A model generated the notes under the pieces. It was not told where the DNA came from and made no database searches. It saw nothing but the letters and a program-made list of their open reading frames with translations. DNA of 55,763 bases, counting the filler, from Sphacelaria rigidula (taxonomy: Eukaryota): the NCBI GenBank assembly GCA_964200075.2. It is 5 parts of 5 records of this genome, joined end to end, with 100 filler letters (N's around TTAATTAATTAA, not from the genome) between each part and the next. Parts side by side here need not be neighbours in the genome. Positions count along the whole stretch, not along the records: positions 22,348 to 33,419 come from CAXNAA020005432.1; positions 33,520 to 44,591 come from CAXNAA020005433.1; 3 more parts are not named here. One strand, given 5' to 3'. Position numbers and translations under genes: made by a program. How positions within the stretch are numbered: position 1 is the stretch's first letter; every line of letters starts with the position of its first letter. Below, in pieces: positions 24,261 through 34,963 of this stretch.

Positions 24261-25385
24261 CCAGAGAGAGAGAAGCAACGACAGAGAGGAAGCTCCTCGC
24301 TCATGTTCTTTGTGTGTCCTCGCTCGGCGATTACGAATCGCTCGAGAGACTGGCATCATGGATGTTACCAGCATGTACCGAATTTCTCATGTGCCGGTAG
24401 GGATGTTATTATGTTGCTGCGCACAGCCGCCCAAAGAACATCCAACAGACAATTCTATAAAATGAGGTTCATCAATTAAATCAGGTTCGAGCCCAAAACA
24501 GCACTTTCTCCACACTTTCAGCGATGGTGCCCGATGGCTTTCTTGTCGGCCTCATGCCCTTCGATCGCGTAAATACTTATTCAGCTCATTTGATCGACTC
24601 TGTGAGCTTGCAGAGCTGTCCGAAACCGCCATTTCTACTTATGTGTTTGGGTGGGGGGTCATATCAGGGAAAACAGCGGTTTTGGTCAGCGCTCTGAGCT
24701 CACAGAGTCGGTAAAATTCGCTCAAGAAGTATCTACGCGATCGAGGGGCATTAAGCCAACAAGAAAGCCATTGGGCACCATGGCTGAAAGTGTCGAGAAA
24801 GTACTGTTTTGGGCTCGAACCTCATTTCATTGATGAACCTTATTTTATAGAATTGTCTGTTATCCAGCTGCGGAGAGATTTCGTCTCTTCTTCTCTATGG
24901 AGCTCACCAATGCGAAGATCGTTTTCTCTTTGCCTCTCTTTTTGGACAGGACGCGCCTCTGTGCGCTGAAAACATGTCGTTGGAAAACAAGGTAATGTTC
25001 CCGTCACCGCTAGTACTGTTCTCTGTCACACACATGCCAGCAAGGGCGGTGCTACAGCAGAAAACAACAGGTATATCCAATTTGAACTTGAGGGGTGTTA
25101 TTCATCGTTTATTTTACCCGACATTTATGTGACCCTCTGTGTGCCCGACGACAAGAGCGTGCGAGACGCCAGTTGGGGGGGGGGGTGTATGAGACATCAA
25201 ACACTTGTGGAGACCTTCTTGACATGCGGAGCGAGAAACGATACCTATGGTGGTGACCTAACCGTGGCTAGCGTGGTGCAGAGGGGTGCGTCCATGCTTC
25301 AATCTGGAGCACGCGCTGGCTGCGTGAACACCTCGGCACAGTAGCTTTCAAGAATTAATTGCGATGTGGGGAAGTCACGCATTAC
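24261..25385 (-). repeat. Dispersed repeat, copy 2 (homolog of 7037-7705), interrupted by a MITE
   Basis: Reverse-complement similarity to 7037-7705 on both sides of 24444-24861. Confidence 0.8.
24444..24861. mobile_element. 418-bp foldback MITE with 4-bp TSD (ATCC)
   Basis: Termini AACAGACAATTCTATAAAAT...ATTTTATAGAATTGTCTGTT, with arms pairing over about 190 bp. ATCC at 24440-24443 and 24862-24865. The empty site is visible in the 7.5-kb copy of the host repeat. Confidence 0.92.
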
Positions 25386-27846
25386 TGTTACAAACAGACG
25401 GTATAGTGGGGGTGTTCTCAGCATTAGGCATCGCCACTGACTTATAGGAAGACGATATGTCTCGTGGTCTCGAACAAGTATCCACTTGAGTCATTTCATG
25501 CGCATACAAATACGTGATGACTAATATATACCATGTTGTTTGTGCATTGAAGTTCATTTTTATACTATCATGACGACATATATCACATACTGACGTACCG
25601 AGTATGGTCCAGGGATCCGTACTGTATGGTCTCACCGTGTTCAGCAATCAACCAGCAAAAGCATAGCAAGAGGGAATGCGTCCAACGCAGTACAGTTCAC
25701 ATGGAACGGCAAGGACCTTGATCACAGCTCCAGAAGCGATTCAGCTTCTCTTTCGTGGTGGTGTGGTTTCGATAGCCTCATAAATAGATTCACGTAAGCT
25801 CTTAGCTCCTTCTTGTGCCCATAAAGAGAGTAAAACCAAGGGTCGTGCCGGGTAATGAAACCACGGCGCGAACGGAGGCGTGTCTGTAATCGTTACAACG
25901 GACACCACTCCCTCTCCTCTAGTTAGAATACCCGTAGGTCACATCAACTAGCCCTCCGAGCCCGTCACTCGAATAGCTGGGCTCATCCTCGTATTACCCC
26001 TCCCACCATTACGCTGCGATCCGTAACACCCCCCCTCAGGCCTAGGATCGAGAAACCCTGGGACTAAACGTGGTTCGACGATGGATCTCCGCGTCACCAT
26101 GTTCCCCTTCCCAGAGTAATCGGCGTTGCTTCGTATAGCCGTCCATCTTGGCAACCGTTCTGCCGGGTTAGACCACGTAGGGAATTCAAACGCCGTGCAG
26201 AAGGATCTCGAACAGTCTCAACAACTTCCGCTCTTGTAGACCTCTCTGCCGGGTTAGACCACGTAGGGAATTGAAATACCGTATAGAAACGATCCTATCC
26301 AATCCGGCGAAGTCCTTGATCTTGTTGACCTCTCTGCCGGGTTAGACCACGTGGAGAATTTACACACCGTGCAGAAACGATCTCACCCCGTCCGGAGAAG
26401 TTCTTGATCTTGTTGACCGCTCCGCCGGGTAAGACCACGTAGGGAATTTAAACACCGTAGAGAAACGACCCCATCCAGTCCGGAGAAGTCCTTGATCTTG
26501 TTGACCGCTCCGCCGGTTTAGACCACGAGGGGAATTTAAAAACCGTACAGGAACGATCTCAACCCGTCCGGAGATCCTGTTGACCTCTCTGGGCTGTCCG
26601 TAAATCGTTTACGGATCCTGGTACCTCGGGGAATCTGCCGCGCAATCGAGTCCCTTTCTGCTCGAGATGGTGTATCAGATGGACGTGGCTGCGGGTGATA
26701 TAATTCCCACAAGGCATGAAACATGTGGAACTGTAACCCAGTGAAACTGTCCAAAGCCTGTTCTCTGAAAGCCATGTGGCTCAGCTCCGTCGTGGAAAAC
26801 AATCGATGTTCCCACTCACGACGATCGTGGACCGAGCACTGCTTTCCTATCCGTTAGAGTATATAGTAAAGGTGTGGACATGATGTCCTCAGCCAATCCT
26901 AAATCTGCCCCCCCCAGCTAGCTAAAAGATCTCGCCTGGAAGTGATTGCTGCAGCTGTTCCGGACGCACATGAAATTTCCTCAAGTTGGCCGCGAACACG
27001 GTTCGCTCTTGTACTTCACGCAGCTGCATTTTGACCTCAAGATTAAGACCTGGTATCACCACCTGCTCCACCGTCCCGGCCCAGTCCACAAGTCGTGTGA
27101 AAATTTGGCCGGTACATCTAGGTTCAGAAGGGAGCTTTCAGACTCTGTGACTAGCATCATACCTTATACCTTAGCTACCTAGCGATTCTGCCGACTGACG
27201 AATCATTGCGGCATTTTTAGCTAATCTCACCTCTTCCCGACGCCGGTGGCGTTGGGTAAATAGCTCATGAACGTCCTTCAATTTTGTCACTGTTGCTCTA
27301 CCGTGTTTTTTCACGGTAGGGATTCTACTTCAGGCGACACAGAGCCTACCAGGGTGTGAGGCTCGCGCTCAAAAGCAGCATTAGTCGTGTTGGGTTATGC
27401 GGCAGTAACTGGTGGGAAGTAGTTTGATGAATCCATGCAACAGGATCCACATACTCGTCACACCATTTCAGCCACTGCTTACATAGCTCGGCTAAAACGC
27501 CATGCAACCACTTTCCGTATCTTTCCACCGCGCCCTGATCGCGAGGGTGATCTGCGGGACCATGGTCCAGTTTCACCTCCATCCACATGGCATACATGGT
27601 TCCCCACTTCCGAAGCGAACTTCCCCCCAACGTCACTTCAGAGAAAATAGGGCGTTTCGAGCGTCAAAAACAGTTTCAGCAGACCCTTGACTACGTGCTC
27701 AGTAACCTTGGCTGCTAGTGGAAGTGCAAAGAGAGCTTGGTCGCTCGATCCATAACAACCAACAAGTACCTATCACCAGAAGTAGAAATCTGCTTCATGT
27801 CCGATGTGTCCATCTACATCATCTCGCAGAACTGCAAGAAGTGGGC
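25386..27846 (-). mobile_element. Older degenerate Ty3/gypsy element: putative 3' LTR 25386-25897, PPT and integrase remnant (continues at 33235-33419)
   Basis: On the minus strand the LTR reads TGTAAC...TGTAACA and is preceded by the purine tract AGAGGAGAGGGAG. Integrase fragments SGDRYLLVVMDRAT and HPRDQGAVERYGKWLHGVLAELC are present. Confidence 0.7.
26152..26592. repeat. Tandem array of about 5 x 88-bp units
   Basis: The core (t/c)gccgg(g/t)t(t/a)agaccacg recurs at 26161, 26247, 26335, 26423 and 26511. Confidence 0.92.
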
Positions 27847-28115
27847 TGTAGACTTGTCTGGAATCAGAACAAGATCTAAGTGCTTGCTCCGAAGGCTTCC
27901 TCCCCAGCAGGGCTTCAGATACTTTAAGACAGAGCAGTTATACAAACAGTTGTCTTCATTAAACCGGAAGTACGCTTCAAGAGCTTTCCTCATGAACACG
28001 ATATGTACGCATATGAACACGATATGTTACGCATCCAATAGTCATCCTCCAACGAAATCAAGGATCCCCCGCATATCTACATGTGGCACGTATACTGTAG
28101 GTGGACTACTCTACA
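27847..28115 (-). repeat. 3' LTR of the chromodomain gypsy element
   Basis: Direct repeat of 32985-33230 carrying an extra ~21-bp internal duplication. Confidence 0.95.
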
Positions 28116-31100
28116 GCACCCTACAAAAATTCGCACTACCCGAAATAGAAAGTGAATTTGACAAACAGTAGACACCGACAGTACCCTACGATGTTAACCA
28201 CAGACAAGCATTCAATACCAGACCGCATCAGGTCAAATCACGATGCCCCCCCCAGTATCATCCTAAAACACCAGCACGAGCTACTCCAACATGCTAGGCA
28301 AACGATAACCAAGCGGTATACTCAACGAACACCAAATTGTATCGTAGAATCCATGAACTGCCAACAACCAATCACAGCTTGAAACAACCAATCGGAGCCT
28401 GATACCATACTTAGCCAGCCAACGCGTCCGTACCTGCTTTGTTAACCGCAACTTATGCAATTCAGAACGTACACACTGCGGGGCTCCTTCCAAAACAGTT
28501 TCCAGTGGCTTCCACGAGCTCTCGTCCTTGCCGAAACCTACCCATTCCACGTGTACAACGAACCCATCACCGTCTTGAGCCTCGGGCAAGTCAACGATCG
28601 CCTCCATTTCGAACTCCCCTTGAGCAAGCGCATACTGGAACATTTCCTTCAGATCCGCAGTGACCTCCAGCTCCGTATCCGCGTAGTACCATAGACGGGC
28701 GACAGGCGCGTCCTTAACCTCTCCGTTGACGATATTCTGAATCTCGTACACGTGCTGATGCTCCGCTGCCACGATTCTCCACGGTCCTGTCCACGTACTG
28801 ACGAGTTTCGGCAATGTGCCGGAACGCCTAACTCTCGCCGCCAACACATAATCACCAACCATAAAATTAGGCAACTGTTCCCTACTGGCAACACGTCGCT
28901 GTAACCCACGGGTCTTTTCCACGCGCTGCGCCACCTCCTTATGAAGCTCTTGTTGCGCCTCAACAACTGACGCCACCTTCTGCCGCAGCCTGTCTTCATC
29001 CAGCACATCATGTCGCCATTCGCCGCCGGTCGACGGGGCCAGTGTCGAAAACCTCGTGCGTGGCGCGCGTCCAAACATTACATGGTGGTGGGTACTGGCA
29101 TATCGCTCGCGGAATATCGTATTCAACGCCCACTGCACCGCAGGCACCAGCCCCACCCAGTCACGAACATCGCGCCGCTCCTCTTGAAGCATTGCGTTCA
29201 GAGTACGGACAACTCCTCGCATCATCTGTTCACACGTCCCGTTGGACCACGGCGAGTTGGCGACCGTGAACCTCCTGTCCAGTTTCAGCGCCTTTTCTAG
29301 CGCTTGCATCACACGGTTTTTAAAATGCGACGCGGTATTACTAAGCCAAACCTCCGGTGGGCCCAAAGTTTTGCACCACGTCAACAAATGCAGCACCGTC
29401 AAGGCAGCAGTGCAAGATTCCGGGGGTTCCAACTACACGAAATTGCATAGATCTCCCATCATCACTAAAATGTACGTGTATCCATCGCCTTCATCAAATC
29501 CTCTCTTGCCCAAGGGACCACTTTCATCAACGTGGAGATAATCAAAGTGCATCACCTCACCGGGCCGTGTACCTTGGCGGTCTTCCCTAGTGGTCGCGGG
29601 ACCATCTCCCCAGCTTTCGAATTCATGCAATGTAAGCATGTTTTCACGAAATCGATAACGTGAGCTTCCATCTAGTACCAACAGCAGTATTCCCGTCGTC
29701 GTTGCAATGTGGCCACAACCCCGCGATGGCCTGCCCCCTTCATCTGGGCACACACCATCAAACGTGTTTGCAATTCTTTTTGTTGAGGTGGGATCCACAA
29801 CACATGCTTATCTGCGACGTGCACGCGAAACAAGCCCTCATCGTCTTTCAAAACGCGCCCAATAGCGGCAGTAAACGAGGTAGCTCCATCAACAAAACTG
29901 CCCAAATGTAGATCCGATACATCTGGGAACATCTGCACCTCATACCCCTCCTTCGGATACGACACAGCGACAGCATGCGGCACCAAACCTTGAGCAGCAT
30001 GCCACGCCTGACCCCGCTGAAATATCCACGCTGAATCTTCGATTATGCGGTTGGACGCCACTCGCTTAGTGCGGCGGACGTTTCCCCGCAGATGTTCCTT
30101 CAACAGCTCACCCAGCGGCTCCACCGTTTCCGCCAAACGCGGTAGAGATGTTTGTAGCCAATTGACAGCCTGCACAAACTGCGTCAGCTCCCCGCCGTAC
30201 GTGGGCGACGCATGTTGGCTAATCCGGTCAGTCGGTCGCGATCATGAGCAACCTGTCCACCTGAAACCCTTCCCACACCACGTGATCTGCGTATCATAAA
30301 ACATGCACTTATGCGCAGCAGCAAACAGACCAACGTCCTCCAATCGGCCCAAAATTGCATCCAGCGTGCGCAGCAAGTCATCCTCATTTTTCCCCGACCA
30401 CAAAATACCATCAACACATACCTTGCAGTCGAGTCCAGTCAACAATACCATCATTATCGTCTGTTGAAAATATCCGGTAGCGTTGAGCACGCCTTGCGGC
30501 ATCCTCGTGGAGGTGAAAAGTCCGTCGGGAGTCGCAGTGGTGAACATTTCCTGGGCTTCAGCCGCTAGCGGTATCTACCAGTACCCCTGTAGCATGTCAA
30601 GCTTCCCAAGACACGATGCACCCAACAAATCGGCCATTTCTCTCCCATGATTTGGCCTTGCACTGGGAACCTTTTCGAGCTGCCGGTTGACTGCTCTGTA
30701 ATCACTCACCAGGCGATAGCTGCCCTTCTTGGGCGCAGCCATAGCTGCGCTTGCTCACACCGCCTGGATATTGCGGAATACCAACCCCAGCACCACCAGC
30801 GTAGCCATATGCACCCTGCCAACCAGCTCTTCTTCACTGGACAGTATGTTTCGGGCTCGCCTTAACTGCTCTAGCTCCCGGTTTGAAGCGTACCTGCAAA
30901 GGCTCCAGGCGAGCAGGCGAGTCACCTCGCAAGGCTCGTCGAAATGCATTGATCCAGCGGTCGACAATGTCGCGGAGCTTGCTTACCCCGTTCTCCGACA
31001 TGCCATTATCCGCCGCAGCTTGCACCGCGTCCTCAAGCGCCACTTTGCGCTCAACAAGTTCTTGCACTGGTGGCATAAACATATCCGGCCCCCGTGACAC

Positions 31101-32984
31101 CAATCGCTCGACAGATAAATCCACCGGTTCCTCGTGAGCGGTCGTTTCCTGGAGCTCCTCCACCGCGAGACTCACACGCCTGCACTCGCGGAACTCAGGC
31201 GTCTCGATACCCCGCAAAGAAGGGTGTTCTGCTTGCGCGCATGCGCCCAGATCATTGTAGATATTGATGCCGATTTCGCTAGTGTTTTCCTCCCGACAGT
31301 ACCCACATCATCAGCGCCGGGCATAATCGCATACCAGCAGGGCTCAAGCACCACCGGCCCCCAGCTCGTGTGGAGTGCCGTACGAACCAGACACGTTTTG
31401 GAGTGCAAGGTTTTTACGTTACCGTCAGCCAGCCTTACCGGGTGTCCACGTGCCATTGATGTGACAATTGATACTCCAGAAAACGCGTTTTCCAACTGGG
31501 TCGCCACCTGTTCAGATATAATGGTTACTCCAGCTCCAGAGTCCAACACAGCCTTGACTGGACAGACTGTCTGTACGGCGGAACCTGGGGAAGACAGATC
31601 AGCTCGGCAGCATTGCTGTCTATTTTTCACGTCCAAACCCTCGACCTCCAGCTCTGCCACCTCGGAAGCAGTGTGTAAGCCCCACCACGCCGGCACTGCC
31701 GCCGATGTCCATTGCTGAACTGCTTTTATCGACGGCGAAGGCTGTACTGTAGAAGCCGGAACAGTCGGCACGGGCTGCAACGTACTATCAGCACCGTTGG
31801 TGCCCCCTTTACGACCATCCCCTGGAAAAACAGCCCGGGTAGGGGTAGGACCCTGGCTCCCGCCCCGCGGAGCTTGCGCCCTTTGTTGTTGTTGTTGCTG
31901 CGGCTTTACGTGTCCGCGATCCCCACCTCCGGTAGCTTCAGGCTTGTGTTTCTTCTCACAGTCTTTCCTAAAATGACCCTTGTCCCTACACTCGAAACAT
32001 CCTGCGTAGTCAGGGCCGGGTCTGCGAGATTTTCTGTTTTTCGATCCGCCATCACCGGATACAACAGTCGCGGCTGCGGCGCTAGCTGCCGTCAACTGCT
32101 TTTTCTGTCCTTGCGAACCCACCTCCTTGTTCTGTGGAGTGGATCTGCGCTGCTTATCAACCTCCTCGACAGTTCGCCACAGTTCCGCCACCTCACGAGC
32201 GACATCGTATGCGAGTTTCGGTTGTTCTTTCCACCCCCCCGCCATTTGCAGTTTGTTTCGGACTTTATCTTTGAATTCCGGAGGGGTCAGGCCAGCAATC
32301 ATGGCTCTAGTGATGATGTGTGCCGGGTCTGGTTTATAAGTACGGTCCATTTCGCGGAAAACATGCTCTGTACCCTCATGTTCCTTAAACATTTCTTGCA
32401 AGGCACTCCATTGTCCTTCCACTCGACGTATAGCAGTTGAATCGGGTCGTGCAGCAAATGCACTTTTCACACTGGCTGCGGCCTCAGTTGGATCTATTTC
32501 CATTCCTACCAAGCAATTTGCATGCCGTGCGATCCCTTCCCTAATCCGGGCGTTAGAAAGCTCAGTGCCATCAAAACTAGTGTCCAACAAACAATCTTGT
32601 ACATACCGAGGCACTAGCTCCTCCATGATCAACAGTGCGCTCTTTACAGTTCGAGTCTTGTTTCGTCGCAGAACGGCTTGTTCTTACTCCTGGTATTTCT
32701 GCAGAAACCGTCGCGATGCTTGCTCACTGAACAAGCGCCCATACTCAGGTGCCTTGAGCGATCCCCCCCGCAATCAAATCCGTTACATTGAACTTCACCT
32801 CTTCGTCGTCCCCCTCTTTGTCAGAATTAGACTCCTTGCTCACTTTCGTTCACGCCATCTTTCAAACGCTTCCTGCACTCCGTGCTCCGTCGCACTACCC
32901 CCGTGTTATAACGAGCGTCCTCGCTTTTTTTTAGGGTTCAGCGACGCCGCTCAGAAACCACAAGTTTCTTGAGTGAACGTTTAC

Positions 32985-33230
32985 TGTAGACTTGTCTGGA
33001 ATCAGAACAAGATCTAAGTGCTTGCTCCAAAGGCTTCCTCCCCAGCAGGGCTTCAGAGACCTCAAGACAGAGCAGTTATACAAACAGTTGTCTTCATTAA
33101 ACCGGAAGTAAGCTTCATGGGAGTTCGTCACGAACACGATATGTTACGCATCCAATAGTCATCCTCCAACAAAATCAAGGATCCCCCGCATATCTACATG
33201 TTGCATATACTGAAGGTGGACTACTCTACA
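32985..33230 (-). repeat. 5' LTR of the chromodomain gypsy element
   Basis: Direct repeat of 27847-28115, upstream of gag. Confidence 0.95.
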
Positions 33231-33419
33231 GGGCGGGTCGCATCGTTATCGTGTGACTATTAGTAACAGCCTGGACTTGTTCTTAAGGTTGAAGATTTAG
33301 TTGCGGTTCAACGGATCATCGGAATCTTATTTACTTTGTTCAAAAGACTCGGGATTCGCAAGCGGTTTCGACCATGTGCCCCTAACCCAGAAGTTTCTGC
33401 ACGGCAGCGAAAGCATGAT

Positions 33420-33519
33420 NNNNNNNNNNNNNNNNNNNNNNNNNNNNNNNNNNNNNNNNNNNNTTAATTAATTAANNNNNNNNNNNNNNNNNNNNNNNNN
33501 NNNNNNNNNNNNNNNNNNN
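33420..33519. other. Artificial 100-nt contig linker
   Basis: Same linker structure. Confidence 0.98.
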
Positions 33520-33669
33520 CGCAACTTTTGCGCCATTCCACGTGTCTGGGCTGCGTGTACTTGGGTTGCAACGCTGGAAACAAAGACTAGGGATTGATTC
33601 GTACGATTCGAATCAATAACACTGAATCCAAGTAATTTCTAGACGAATCATTCATTTGTCCGGCCCTTG

Positions 33670-33718
33670 TATTGTTAGTATTGTTGATATTGTTGGTATT
33701 GTTAGTATTGTTGGTATC
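33670..33718. repeat. 9-bp minisatellite (tattgttrg-type)
   Basis: tattgttagtattgttgatattgttggtattgttagtattgttggtat. Confidence 0.8.
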
Positions 33719-34963
33719 GGGATCTCAGGGAGTCTTGAGGAAAGCTCAATCGTGCGTACCTAAAGAGTGTTTTCAGCCGTCCGCATGCCATCATATCTGA
33801 GACGAGCTTTGTTCTTATTTCCGACCTTTACTCAGGTCAACGTTCATTTTAGACGCTGCACACAGCGCTGTGTGCTGTATGGTGTGTGCTGTGTGCTGTG
33901 TCGTGTACTGTACCCAACCCTCACTGTACGCTTCTCCTGTGAACTTTTGGACCCATGCTGTCTGCTCTCTGCTATGTGCTGTACATGCACTAAATTGTCT
34001 CGTAGAGTTTTGTCCAATCTCGTTGGTGTTTTGACTGTTGAACTGAAGACACGTGAAAACGATACATTTTCCGTGCTTCACCTTTATTCTCGACCTACGG
34101 CCACTTGACGCTTCACGCTTCACGCTTGATTGTTGCGCTGTGTAATACTGCACTCAGAGTGGGCTCCATCTTGTCTGTGACTGTGCTCAGCTTTATCCAT
34201 ACGCCCCTGCAAAGCTCGGCTCTCACCCTGCTTGCATGCGGTAATAAATCATGCCAATGTTTTCGGTACCTATGGCGCTGTCGCTTTATTTTCTAATATC
34301 GTCGTTCCTCGTGTTTGAACGGTTGATTTTTGTTTGGTTTTCTGCTTCCCGTGAAAAATGTATTGAAAGCAGACCATAGCGGGATTATATAATAAGATTA
34401 CAAAGCTTATCCACAACTTAGACAACGTAGCTGAAAAAGGCGTTCACATGAGTCACGGGATCAACGAGGGTTAGGATTATTAAGGTTGACGAAAATCAGA
34501 ACATGGAACATTGCAAACAGAGGTGCATATCCACACTTCCAACAACACATGAGTACGATTTCATACAGATATCAACCGTCAACCCAAAGTACAGAAAGGA
34601 GAAAACAACTGCATGTCCTGAAGTGCGTATTGCTCAGTTCACAAAATCCAGACATATCGTGCTGACTTGACCGCCAGCCCACAACCTCTTGGGCCTTTTC
34701 TGCGCACATGCAGGCCACAAACAACCGTTATGTAGGAATCAGTCATCCCCCACAATAAATCTCAAACATGTGCATCTTGCACCGTCATTTTTCCGTTGAT
34801 TTCGGAAAACTGACATGTTCACGGTATGTACCATCAATCACTAGTCCACTCAAAAGGCAGAAACTAACTCCCCGAAAATAACGAAAAATGGCAACACGCC
34901 CGGTCCTGAACTATCTCTTGACCGGTTCTGAATCTTGGAATGCCACTGCTACCGGCAGCATAC

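Larger units (their letters stand above)
27847..33230 (-). mobile_element. Full-length but decayed Ty3/gypsy LTR retrotransposon with a chromodomain integrase
   Basis: Direct LTRs at 27847-28115 and 32985-33230 (TG...CA) with 4-bp TSD GGGC. Gag zinc knuckle CFECRDKGHFRKDC, protease VLDSGAG, RT MPQGVLNATGYFQ/CVDG, RNase H remnant, integrase GHRG/HFDYL/SNGTCEQ, WTGPW, and chromodomain FEMEAIV...VEWVGF...SSWKPL. Frameshifts and stops are present. Confidence 0.95.

Noticed and set aside
26152-26592. CRISPR-like array
   Set aside because: The variable parts are homologous to each other rather than unique spacers, there are no cas genes, and the context is a eukaryotic retroelement.
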